Positions 52,102 through 60,550 of a stretch of 61,904 nt of DNA are shown here, piece after piece. The notes below the pieces were generated by a model, which was not told where the DNA came from, made no database searches, and was given only the letters and a program-made list of their open reading frames with translations. How positions within the stretch are numbered: the first letter of the stretch is position 1; the number at the start of each line of letters is the position of its first letter. Source of the stretch: Blastocatellia bacterium (GTDB lineage Bacteria; Acidobacteriota; Blastocatellia; RBC074); the NCBI GenBank assembly GCA_035275345.1, contig DATEMY010000434.1, forward strand, positions 1-61,904, given 5' to 3'. The position numbers and the translations under genes are program-made.

Positions 52102-52246
52102 CCGTGGCGCCTAACTAATGAGGTCGAAGAGAGATTACGGAACAAACGGAAATAACGGGACAGACTGAAAAAAACGAAAATCGTCAGTCTGTTCCGTTAT
52201 TTCCGTAATCTCTCTTCGACCTGGTCTGACTCTCTCCACGGTTAAG
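52097..52246. repeat. Nested long inverted repeat overlapping the stop codon of the preceding gene
   Basis: Outer arms: CTTAACCGTGG at 52097-52107 pairs with CCACGGTTAAG at 52236-52246. Inner arms: AGGTCGAAGAGAGATTACGGAA...ACAGACTGA at 52121-52168 pairs with TCAGTCTGTTCCGTTATTTCCGTAATCTCTCTTCGACCT at 52184-52222. The left arm carries one extra CAAACGGAA word. Confidence 0.8.
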
Positions 52247-53003
52247 CATAGACCAACCGTCCCAACGACGGGGCGGCGAGTCAGTTCGCGCTTTTATCCC
52301 CAACCGACCTGGCCTCCCACAAGGGCCAATCCGACTCCTTCCAGTCCCCCCTGATCTTGAAATCCTCTTCCATTAAAAACGCAAACTTCCTCGCCTAATT
52401 CAATAGCTCAAATTGTCTGATATTGGTATATAATCGCGGCGATTCGGAAAGCCGAGGCTTGCCACATCGGCTTTCTGACGAACTGATATGGTGAAATTTC
52501 CCCAGAATAAAATTTCACCCAGCCTCGAAGATCCGTGCGAACCGTTCGGGACATACTCGATCGCAGTAGCGAAGTTTTTATTCCCCACAAATTCCAACTC
52601 CACCGTGGCCACCAAGACAGTCGTCATTCGCCCCGGTTTTCCAAATCGCGAGGGTGATAGTACGCATAGCTCTTGAGTGGTTCTTGAGCGTTCGAATGCC
52701 CGATTTGTGGTTGGAATTGCTCCTTACGAGGAATTAGACAAGGCGCCGGAATGATTCTTAAACTCCTGCAAACACAGCTTTTGTCGCTTATGTGCCTGCG
52801 AACAAAGAATTTTTACGTCATACTTGCCACCACACTCAAGAATTTCTCAAGCCGGATTGTCTATTCTGGGCCCGCTTTTAAGGTTGAAAAAAATTTTCAG
52901 ATAAGGTTGAAAAAAAAATTCAGACGCCCAAAAGCATGATTTCAGCGACCAACAGACCCTGAACGAAACGCTACGAGCCACACTCCAGGCGTTCATTTGC
53001 CGG

Positions 53004-53750
53004 ATGAGAAACATGAAGATAATCAATAATAAAGTAATGATCCCCCAGGAGGTTCCACGAGTTTGCCGGCATGGACTGCTCGACACGCTGCGGGAAAACC
53101 TCAATTCCTGCCAGGCGACGGTCATTAATGGACGCGCTGGAACGGGTAAAACCATGCTGGCTGCTGATTTCGTCCGGCGCCATAAGGGGAGTGTGGCCTG
53201 GTATAAGGTGGATGCGCCGGATATTAGCCTTTCGGTTTTTATGGAGTATCTGGTGGCTAGTGTGGCCTGTGTGCGCCCCGGATTCGGTAGCGAAGCTCTG
53301 GCCAGCCAGTTGCAAATATCTGGCGAATTCAATATTCCCGCGCTGGCGGAAGCTTATGTCTACGATCTTGAGAGTTGGGCGGAACCTTTGATTCTGGTAA
53401 TTGACGACTTGCATTTAATCTATGACGCCGAATGGTTGGTCCCTTTCTTCCATCGGCTGCTCCCACTGATGCCGGCTGATATACACATGGTGATCCTTGG
53501 CCGAGGGATGCCGCCCACGCCACTGTGGCGGCTGCGCTCCAAGCAACGACTGTTCGTGATTACCGAACAGATGCTGGCATTTACACAGCCGGAGGCGGAG
53601 GAACTGTTTTTGGGCTACGGACTCGGCGCGGAGGATGCGAGTTTTGCTCTTAAGCAAACCGGCGGGCGCGCCGCCGATTTGCATGAGGCGGCGATCCGCG
53701 CCAGCGCGTCTCTTACGACAGCCGGCGCGACATGTGTGCTAAACTGCTGA
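53004..53750 (+). CDS. Stand-alone N-terminal P-loop module paralogous to the start of the downstream STAND regulator (possibly a truncated gene)
   Basis: VINGRAGTGKTMLAADFVRRHKGSVAWYKVD...LILVIDDLHLI parallels LVTASAGAGKTTLVADFVRAHAPRFVWYQLD...LVIVLDDYHHL in 54042-57389. It ends after 248 aa. Confidence 0.6.
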   Translation: MRNMKIINNKVMIPQEVPRVCRHGLLDTLRENLNSCQATVINGRAGTGKTMLAADFVRRHKGSVAWYKVDAPDISLSVFMEYLVASVACVRPGFGSEALASQLQISGEFNIPALAEAYVYDLESWAEPLILVIDDLHLIYDAEWLVPFFHRLLPLMPADIHMVILGRGMPPTPLWRLRSKQRLFVITEQMLAFTQPEAEELFLGYGLGAEDASFALKQTGGRAADLHEAAIRASASLTTAGATCVLNC

Positions 53751-54041
53751 AACTTATAAGTTTGTATGCTAGACTGCTGAATCTTGTAAACTGCCCCGCT
53801 CAAGAATTCCTATTTTTCGACTGTGGCTTTGTGCGGCGCCAACCCATCTTTTCGGCTGTGGCTTTATGCGGCGCCGGCCGTCGTCGAAGTCAACCATATA
53901 ACTGTCATCGTTGCCCTGACGACTAATATTTCCTTGCGTGACGAGCAACCCCACCTGCCCAAACGCACTGTGATCGGATGGTAAATCATTCCGGGTAACG
54001 ACTACCCTCAATGCTTGAATTAGATTGAGAGGCTACGGCCA

Positions 54042-57000
54042 ATGATCAATAGCGCACATCGCCCAGAAGTAGCGCAAACTGCGTCGTCACGACCGGCGCC
54101 CACATTGACAACTCCCCAGCCGGCGTTCTTCCTGCGCACAAAGCTGATGCCGCCACGCCCGGCGCCTGCTTTGTTGTCCAGGCCGAGGCTGGTTGAACGG
54201 CTCGCCGCCAACCTCGGGCGCACGGTTACGCTCGTGACCGCCAGCGCCGGGGCGGGCAAGACGACGCTCGTGGCCGATTTCGTGCGCGCGCATGCCCCCC
54301 GCTTCGTCTGGTATCAGTTGGATCATACCGACGCAGACCCGGCGGTTTTCCTCAGTTACATTGCGCATGGCATCAGGCAACTTTTCCCGGATTTCGGCCA
54401 GGCCACTCTCGCCTACTTGCAGCAATCGCCGGCCGAAGTCGGGCAGCGCCCTGAACGCGCTGTGGATGTCTTGTTAAACGAGGCGCTCGATCATATCGAT
54501 CAGCCGCTGGTCATCGTGCTCGACGATTACCATCATCTCGGCGCCGCGGAAGCGGTGCACGCCGCGGTCGACCGTCTCCTGGCCTATCAGCCCGACGTGT
54601 TACACACGATCATCATCTCCCGTGACGCCCCTCCGCTGCAGGTGGCCAGGCTCCGTTCGCAGGGGGAGCTCACGACCATCGATCGCAACGACTTGCTCTT
54701 TACTGACGAAGAGACGCAGATCCTGTTCAACCAGGTCTTCGGGCTGGCGGTTACGAAGGAGCAACTGGTCGAATTCCGCGAGCGCACGCAGGGCTGGATT
54801 ATGGCCTTGCAACTCATCCGGCAAGTGGCGCAGCGCCAATCCAACTCAAGCGGCGGCTCCGGCGCGGGCGTTGGGGCGGCCTTGCCTGATCTGAGCGAAA
54901 TATTGCGGCAGTCCGAACGCGACGTTTTCGATTATTTCGCCGAAGAGGTCTACGAGTTCGAGCCGGAGCAGGCAAGGGAACTGCTGTTGCATATCTCACT
55001 GCTGGCGCGGGTCGAGCTGGAGATTTGCGTCCGGCTCTATCCGGATTCCGGCTGTACCTTGATCTTGCCGTCATTGGTCAACCGCAACGTTTTCGTCACG
55101 GTCGCGAGCGACGGGAGCGGCGAAGAGTACCGGCTGCATCCGCTCTTCCGGGATTTTCTAAAGCGCCGGTTTCTTTCGGAGGTCGGACGCTCCGGAGTGG
55201 TGACCGAACACGCGCGATTAGCCGGCTTTTTTCTGAGCCGAGGGAATTGGGAGCAAGCCATGCGTCACTTTCTGGAAGCGGAAGAATTCGATCGCGCGGC
55301 CAGGATGATCGCCGACAGGGGGCAGGAGTGGATCGCGTCGGGCGCGCTCGGCAGCCTGGCCGCTTCAGCCGACGCGCTTCCTGCCGAGGCGATGGAACGT
55401 TATCCACGCGCGCTCACCCACCGCGCGGAAGTGGCGAGATTACGTGGCGAGTACGACAAGGCCCAGGCCATGCTCCGCCGCGCCGCAGTTCTGCTGCAGG
55501 ATCTGGAAGACTGTGAAGGCGAGGCTGAAACGCTTCACTCACTGGCCACGATCTCGCGGCGGTACGGTGATTATACGGCGGCATTCGCATATCTGGAGCG
55601 CGCGATCGAACTGACAGATGAACATTCGGACGTTCGGACCAAATGTGGAAATACGCGAGGACTATGCCTGGTTGCGTTGGGCAAGTGGACCGAGGCCGAG
55701 AGTGAATTCCGCGCCGCATTGCAATCGGCTGAAGAGCAGCATGACGAATATTACGCCCGCTGGATTGTTCACAACCTGGGGTTGCCAGCGATGGTGCGAG
55801 GGGATTTTGGCGAAGCTCTCCGTTGGCTGCGCCGGCCATTGCTCGACGATCACAACACCGCGCCCATGCCACGGGAGACTGCGGCGCATCTGAACGTGGC
55901 GCGCTGCTATCTTTTTCGCGGCGACTTCGTGAGTTGCGAGCGACACCTGGATAGCGCGCTTGAATATTGCCAACTCTTTAACCTGCTTACAGTGCGAGCC
56001 GAGACGTTCGAGACTTACGGCAACCTGTATCGTGAACTCAGTGATACGGCTCGGGCTATAGAATTTTACGAACGCGCCGAGCGTGATTACGACAAGGCGG
56101 GTATCGAACCAGCCCGCCGTGAGTTACTCGAAGAACAATCGCTGCTCAAGATGCAAATGGGCGATTTGGCGTCCGCCCGCAAATTGATTGAGCAATTGGT
56201 CAATGCCCGCCGCGAGTTGGGCGACGAGATGCGTGTTCAGACGGCGGCGCTCACCCGGGGACGCGTCATGATCGCTCAGGGCGAAGAGGCGTCTGCGCGC
56301 GCCGACCTTGAACCGGCGCTCAAGTACTTTCGGCAGAACAGCCTTTATTACTATGAAGCCCAAGCTTGTATGGCGCTGGCTCAATGTGATTTGGCGGCTG
56401 GCAGCGACGTCCAAATGCTGGAGCGGTTGCGCCGCGCAGTGGATCTGGCGGCGCGCTATGATTATGAACACTGGCTGCGACGTGAATTGGCCTGGCGCCC
56501 GCAACTGTTCAAAACGCCTGAAGCGGCCGAATTATTACCGCCTGACGCGCGCGAGTTTCTCGCCTCTCAAGTGGCGTTGCAGGAGCCAGCTCCTGTGCAA
56601 ACGGTTCAAGAAGCGGCGCTCATCCAACTCGCCGATCTGACGATTAACCTGCTCGGGCACATTGAAATCTTTCGTGACCCGAAGCGCCTGTTTGCAGTCG
56701 ACGCCTGGACGACCAGGAGAGCGCACGACATCCTCTGTTTCATCGCCTCCCGGCGACACCGCCGCGCTTCCAAAGACACGATTATTGATACTTTCTGGGG
56801 CGAAGCGGATTTCGATGTCGTGGCCAAGAATTTTCATCCGACCGTGTCGCACATTCGCAAGGCGCTCAACAGCAATCAACCACTCAAACAGAACTTTTTG
56901 CTCTACCGTGATAGCGATTACCTGCTCAACCCGGATTTCGCGTACTCAATCGACATTGAGGAGTTCGACCGCCTTGTGGCGGAGGGTGACTCTGCTCGCC

Positions 57001-57389
57001 GCGCCAGAGATCAGGATCGTTGCGTCGTTAGCTACGAGGCGGCAATTAAACTCTATCGCGGCGAGTTTATGCGTGGTTGCTATGATGAATGGGTTGAAGA
57101 ACAACGCTCTTATTACAACGAGCGGTATTTGCACATACTCGAAACTCTGGCCGTGGTTGCGCTCGGCCAGGAGGAGTGGCCCCGAACTCTCCAACTAGCG
57201 CATCAGATCCTCCGTGACGACCCTTACCGTGAGGACATTCACTGTCTGGTCATGCGAACGCATGCCGCGCAGGGTAACCGGGCTGCGGTCAAAGAGCAGT
57301 ACGAGACTCTGCGCGCTCTTTTACGAAAGGAACTGGGAATAGAGCCGGCGTCCGAGACCCAGAAGGTTTACCGAGGGTTGATCGGATAG
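54042..57389 (+). CDS. STAND-type NTPase, TPR region, and C-terminal winged-helix plus BTAD (SARP-like) transcriptional regulator
   Basis: MalT-like N-terminus RTKLMPPRPAPALLSRPRLVERL, Walker A SAGAGKTT and Walker B VIVLDDYH. Long TPR region. C-terminal LLGHIEIF...WTTRRAHDILCFIA...FHPTVSHIRKAL, then a BTAD segment YRGEFM...EEQRSYYNERYL...YETLRALLRKELGIEP. Confidence 0.85.
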   Translation: MINSAHRPEVAQTASSRPAPTLTTPQPAFFLRTKLMPPRPAPALLSRPRLVERLAANLGRTVTLVTASAGAGKTTLVADFVRAHAPRFVWYQLDHTDADPAVFLSYIAHGIRQLFPDFGQATLAYLQQSPAEVGQRPERAVDVLLNEALDHIDQPLVIVLDDYHHLGAAEAVHAAVDRLLAYQPDVLHTIIISRDAPPLQVARLRSQGELTTIDRNDLLFTDEETQILFNQVFGLAVTKEQLVEFRERTQGWIMALQLIRQVAQRQSNSSGGSGAGVGAALPDLSEILRQSERDVFDYFAEEVYEFEPEQARELLLHISLLARVELEICVRLYPDSGCTLILPSLVNRNVFVTVASDGSGEEYRLHPLFRDFLKRRFLSEVGRSGVVTEHARLAGFFLSRGNWEQAMRHFLEAEEFDRAARMIADRGQEWIASGALGSLAASADALPAEAMERYPRALTHRAEVARLRGEYDKAQAMLRRAAVLLQDLEDCEGEAETLHSLATISRRYGDYTAAFAYLERAIELTDEHSDVRTKCGNTRGLCLVALGKWTEAESEFRAALQSAEEQHDEYYARWIVHNLGLPAMVRGDFGEALRWLRRPLLDDHNTAPMPRETAAHLNVARCYLFRGDFVSCERHLDSALEYCQLFNLLTVRAETFETYGNLYRELSDTARAIEFYERAERDYDKAGIEPARRELLEEQSLLKMQMGDLASARKLIEQLVNARRELGDEMRVQTAALTRGRVMIAQGEEASARADLEPALKYFRQNSLYYYEAQACMALAQCDLAAGSDVQMLERLRRAVDLAARYDYEHWLRRELAWRPQLFKTPEAAELLPPDAREFLASQVALQEPAPVQTVQEAALIQLADLTINLLGHIEIFRDPKRLFAVDAWTTRRAHDILCFIASRRHRRASKDTIIDTFWGEADFDVVAKNFHPTVSHIRKALNSNQPLKQNFLLYRDSDYLLNPDFAYSIDIEEFDRLVAEGDSARRARDQDRCVVSYEAAIKLYRGEFMRGCYDEWVEEQRSYYNERYLHILETLAVVALGQEEWPRTLQLAHQILRDDPYREDIHCLVMRTHAAQGNRAAVKEQYETLRALLRKELGIEPASETQKVYRGLIG

Positions 57390-57455
57390 CTCAGCGATGT
57401 AAATCCCAGAATATAAACGCAGCGCTACAGCAAATTTTTTATTGGAGGTTCCCTT

Positions 57456-60437
57456 ATGAGGGCATACACACTCAGCAAGAAAGCGAATCGGACACTCGTT
57501 CTGGCATTAATTGTCGTGATCGCAGTCGGTTCAGCCAGCGCCGGTCTGCTCATTAAATCAGCCAGCATTACAGGCAGCGGTATCTTCAACACTCAGACGA
57601 ACGGGATTACCTACCAGGGACCTTCCGGGATTGTCGCCACCGGCATAGACGGACTTCTGACTTTTCTCCCGAACAACATAACGGCGCCAACGAGTTCTGG
57701 AATAGTCGCGACGGGCATTGACGGCCTAACTTACTCCGGCGCCAACGGCATTGTCGCGACCGGCATTGACGGCCTTACTTTCAATCAGGGTTCGGGGATA
57801 GTCGCGACTGGGATAGACGCGCTGACGATTACGAGTGGGAACAATAGTTACCAGGTGGATTCAGTCTTTATACATCAGGCTAATGGCATCGTAGCTACCG
57901 GTATCGATAACCTCAATATAATTGGCTCCAACGGCATTGTCGCAACCGGGATTGATAGCCGCGAGATCGCATTTGCCAACGGCCTCAATGCTGCGGGAAT
58001 TGACGGGATAACGATTAACGGCGCCAGTGGCATTGTCGCGACCGGGATCGACGGCCAGACCTTTTCGATCTCGCCGAACGGGTTAACAATTAGCGGAGCC
58101 AGTGGAATAGTCGCGACTGGCATCGACGGCCTCAGCTTCAGCGGCGCCAATGGCATCGTCGCGACCGGCATCGACGACGGAACGATGCCCAGCCTGTTAG
58201 GGCTGCTGAGCCTCGATCCTGAGCTGGCGGCGCTGCTGGATCGTCTGACCGATGACAGCAACGTCAACGCCGCCGTGGTCTATCACAGCTACCCGACCAA
58301 CGACGATATTGATGATCTGCGACAGATCGGAGTGCTTCTGGGCCAGCGTTATCGAGTCCTGCCAGTGGTTTCGGTGACTACGACCAAGGCGAAGCTCATG
58401 CAGATTTCGCGCCTGCGGGGGGTCCGCTCGATATACAGCAATCGCACGCTGAAACTGCTCGGGGAGCCGGGCAACGGATTGACCGGCACGGAGAGGGTGA
58501 AGACGGACGCGGATCTGACTGCGGCCAATGGAGGTCAGACGGTCACTGGCCGCAACGTTACGGTGGCCGTACTCGACACTGGGCTGGACTCCACGCACGG
58601 AGACATTGCGGGACGCGTCGTGAAGAACGTCAAGCTCGTTGGTCTGGCGGGTCTGGGCGTCAACTTCAACTATCCGATCAGCGAAGTGGGGTTGCCGAAC
58701 ACTGATCTCGTTTCCGGACACGGCACATTCGTCGGTGGAGTGATCGCCGGCAACGGCGCGCGCTCGGGCGGCAGATACACCGGCGTTGCGCCTGGGGCCA
58801 AATTGGTCGGGCTGAGCGCGGGCGACGCCACTCTGCTCTCAATTATCGAAGGGTTTGATTATCTGCTCTGGAAAAGGCAGGAACTCGGCGTGCGAGTCGT
58901 CAATTGCAGCTTCTCCGCCGATACGCTCTACGACTCGAACGATCCGGTCAATGTGGCCACCAAGATGCTCACCGACCAAGGCGTCAGCGTGGTCTTCTCG
59001 GCTGGCAACAACGGCCCGGGCGCCGACACGCTCAATCCTTACGCGATGGCGCCGTGGGTGATCAGCGTCGGGGCGACGGATGAAGAAGGTAAGTTGGCCG
59101 ACTTCTCCTCGCTCGGCTCTTTTACTAAGTTGAGCGGTCCGTCGCTTGTCGCGCCGGGCGTCAACGTCGTCAGCCTGCGCGCCAGTGGCGTCAGCCTGAA
59201 CGGGTTGCTCAATCTCGGCCTCGGAGGCGACCTCTCGCGACTGTCGACAGAGGATCTACTCAATTACACCGTCGGCAGCGGCACCAGCTTTTCAGCGCCG
59301 CAGGTGGCAGGAACAATAGCGATGATGCTCGACGTCAATCCGTCGCTCATGCCGGCTCAGATAAAAGACATCCTGCAGCGCACCGCCACGCCGATGACGC
59401 AATATTACCGCTATGAGGTCGGCGCAGGGATGCTCAACGCGCACGCGGCCGTGCTCGAAGCGGCTTTCCCGCAGCGCCGGATGGGAATGTTCCGCGCTTC
59501 GCTCGACCGCGGACAGGCGCGCTTCGTCAACGACCCGCTTCGGACGTTCTCCGGGACAGTGCCGCTGGGGTTGCTCGGCCTACTCGGCTCCTACACGGCC
59601 AATTTCAATATCCCAGAGAACACTTTGGTGGCCTCAGTGCAGATCGCATGGGGGCCGGAGACATCCATTAACGACCTGTCTTTGCAATTGATCGATCCTG
59701 GCGGCATGGCGCGACCCGTAGTAAATACGCTCAACCTGCCGGTCTTGACCGGGCGCCGCGAGCGCGACCTGATCAAGAATCCGATACCGGGAACGTGGCG
59801 CGCCAAGGTGCAGCACACTATTATCGGCACGCCACAAGCGTTCATAGGCACGGTTGAGAATACGCGCGCCGAATACCAGCCGCTTACTGACATCAGCGGT
59901 TTGTCCATGTTGGCGCGATCTGAAGTTCTACAGAATCTGCGATCGTTCATGATTGCGCCACTCGGCAATAACTTTCGTCCCAATTTCACCATCTCGCGTT
60001 TTGAGCTGGCTTCGGCGCTGGTGTTCGGCGGACGCGTGCCTCAGTATCTGGCCGGACAGCCGCGCTTCACCGACGCGACTGACCAGGCGACGAGGATCAT
60101 GGTTGAGAGCGCCCAAGCGGCGCCGGGCGGGCCGTTGTTCACTGACGCGTCGCCGGGTGGGCTTTTCCGTCCGGATGACCGCGCCGCCAGGCTCACGGCG
60201 GCGATTGCCCTGGTGCGCGCCGCTGGATTACGGTCTGAAGCGGAATCGAAAGCCGGTATCTCGCTGCCGGTGAGCGACGCGTATGCGATTCCTTCCAGCT
60301 TGCGCGGTTACGTCTGGGTCGCGCTCAATCGCGGGCTGATGAGCGCCGATGGCGGAGTCTTTCGCCCCAACAGCGCAATGAATCGCGTCGAACTCGCGCA
60401 CGCGATGGTCGGAATCGCCAGACTGGCCATACAGTGA
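57456..60437 (+). CDS. Secreted subtilisin-family (S8) serine protease with N-terminal GIVATGID repeats and C-terminal SLH-like modules
   Basis: Signal peptide. Nine exact GIVATGID units plus one degenerate unit. Catalytic motifs VAVLDTGLD, SGHGTFVGG and GSGTSFSAPQVAG. Three C-terminal F(R)PN..(I/M).R.ELA.A(L/M)V segments. Confidence 0.88.
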   Translation: MRAYTLSKKANRTLVLALIVVIAVGSASAGLLIKSASITGSGIFNTQTNGITYQGPSGIVATGIDGLLTFLPNNITAPTSSGIVATGIDGLTYSGANGIVATGIDGLTFNQGSGIVATGIDALTITSGNNSYQVDSVFIHQANGIVATGIDNLNIIGSNGIVATGIDSREIAFANGLNAAGIDGITINGASGIVATGIDGQTFSISPNGLTISGASGIVATGIDGLSFSGANGIVATGIDDGTMPSLLGLLSLDPELAALLDRLTDDSNVNAAVVYHSYPTNDDIDDLRQIGVLLGQRYRVLPVVSVTTTKAKLMQISRLRGVRSIYSNRTLKLLGEPGNGLTGTERVKTDADLTAANGGQTVTGRNVTVAVLDTGLDSTHGDIAGRVVKNVKLVGLAGLGVNFNYPISEVGLPNTDLVSGHGTFVGGVIAGNGARSGGRYTGVAPGAKLVGLSAGDATLLSIIEGFDYLLWKRQELGVRVVNCSFSADTLYDSNDPVNVATKMLTDQGVSVVFSAGNNGPGADTLNPYAMAPWVISVGATDEEGKLADFSSLGSFTKLSGPSLVAPGVNVVSLRASGVSLNGLLNLGLGGDLSRLSTEDLLNYTVGSGTSFSAPQVAGTIAMMLDVNPSLMPAQIKDILQRTATPMTQYYRYEVGAGMLNAHAAVLEAAFPQRRMGMFRASLDRGQARFVNDPLRTFSGTVPLGLLGLLGSYTANFNIPENTLVASVQIAWGPETSINDLSLQLIDPGGMARPVVNTLNLPVLTGRRERDLIKNPIPGTWRAKVQHTIIGTPQAFIGTVENTRAEYQPLTDISGLSMLARSEVLQNLRSFMIAPLGNNFRPNFTISRFELASALVFGGRVPQYLAGQPRFTDATDQATRIMVESAQAAPGGPLFTDASPGGLFRPDDRAARLTAAIALVRAAGLRSEAESKAGISLPVSDAYAIPSSLRGYVWVALNRGLMSADGGVFRPNSAMNRVELAHAMVGIARLAIQ

Positions 60438-60443
60438 GGAATT

Positions 60444-60540
60444 GGTAGTGGGTAGTGGGCATTGGGTAGTGGGCAGTGGGGAATAGGGAATGATTTCTTT
60501 TCCTGATTTCCCACTACCCACTGCCCAATGCCCACTACCC
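60444..60540. terminator. Heptamer-array hairpin between convergent genes (candidate bidirectional terminator)
   Basis: GGTAGTG GGTAGTG GGCATTG GGTAGTG GGCAGTG at 60444-60478 faces CACTACC CACTGCC CAATGCC CACTACC at 60512-60539. The 31-nt arms have 2 mismatches caused by swapped units. Confidence 0.7.
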
Positions 60541-60550
60541 GCTTACGATG

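Noticed and set aside
52847-53414. Minus-strand ORFs of 161 and 147 aa that overlap the AT-richer tract and the start of the truncated regulator gene.
   Set aside because: They overlap each other and the plus-strand P-loop ORF, which has a clear paralog downstream. No motifs were recognised.
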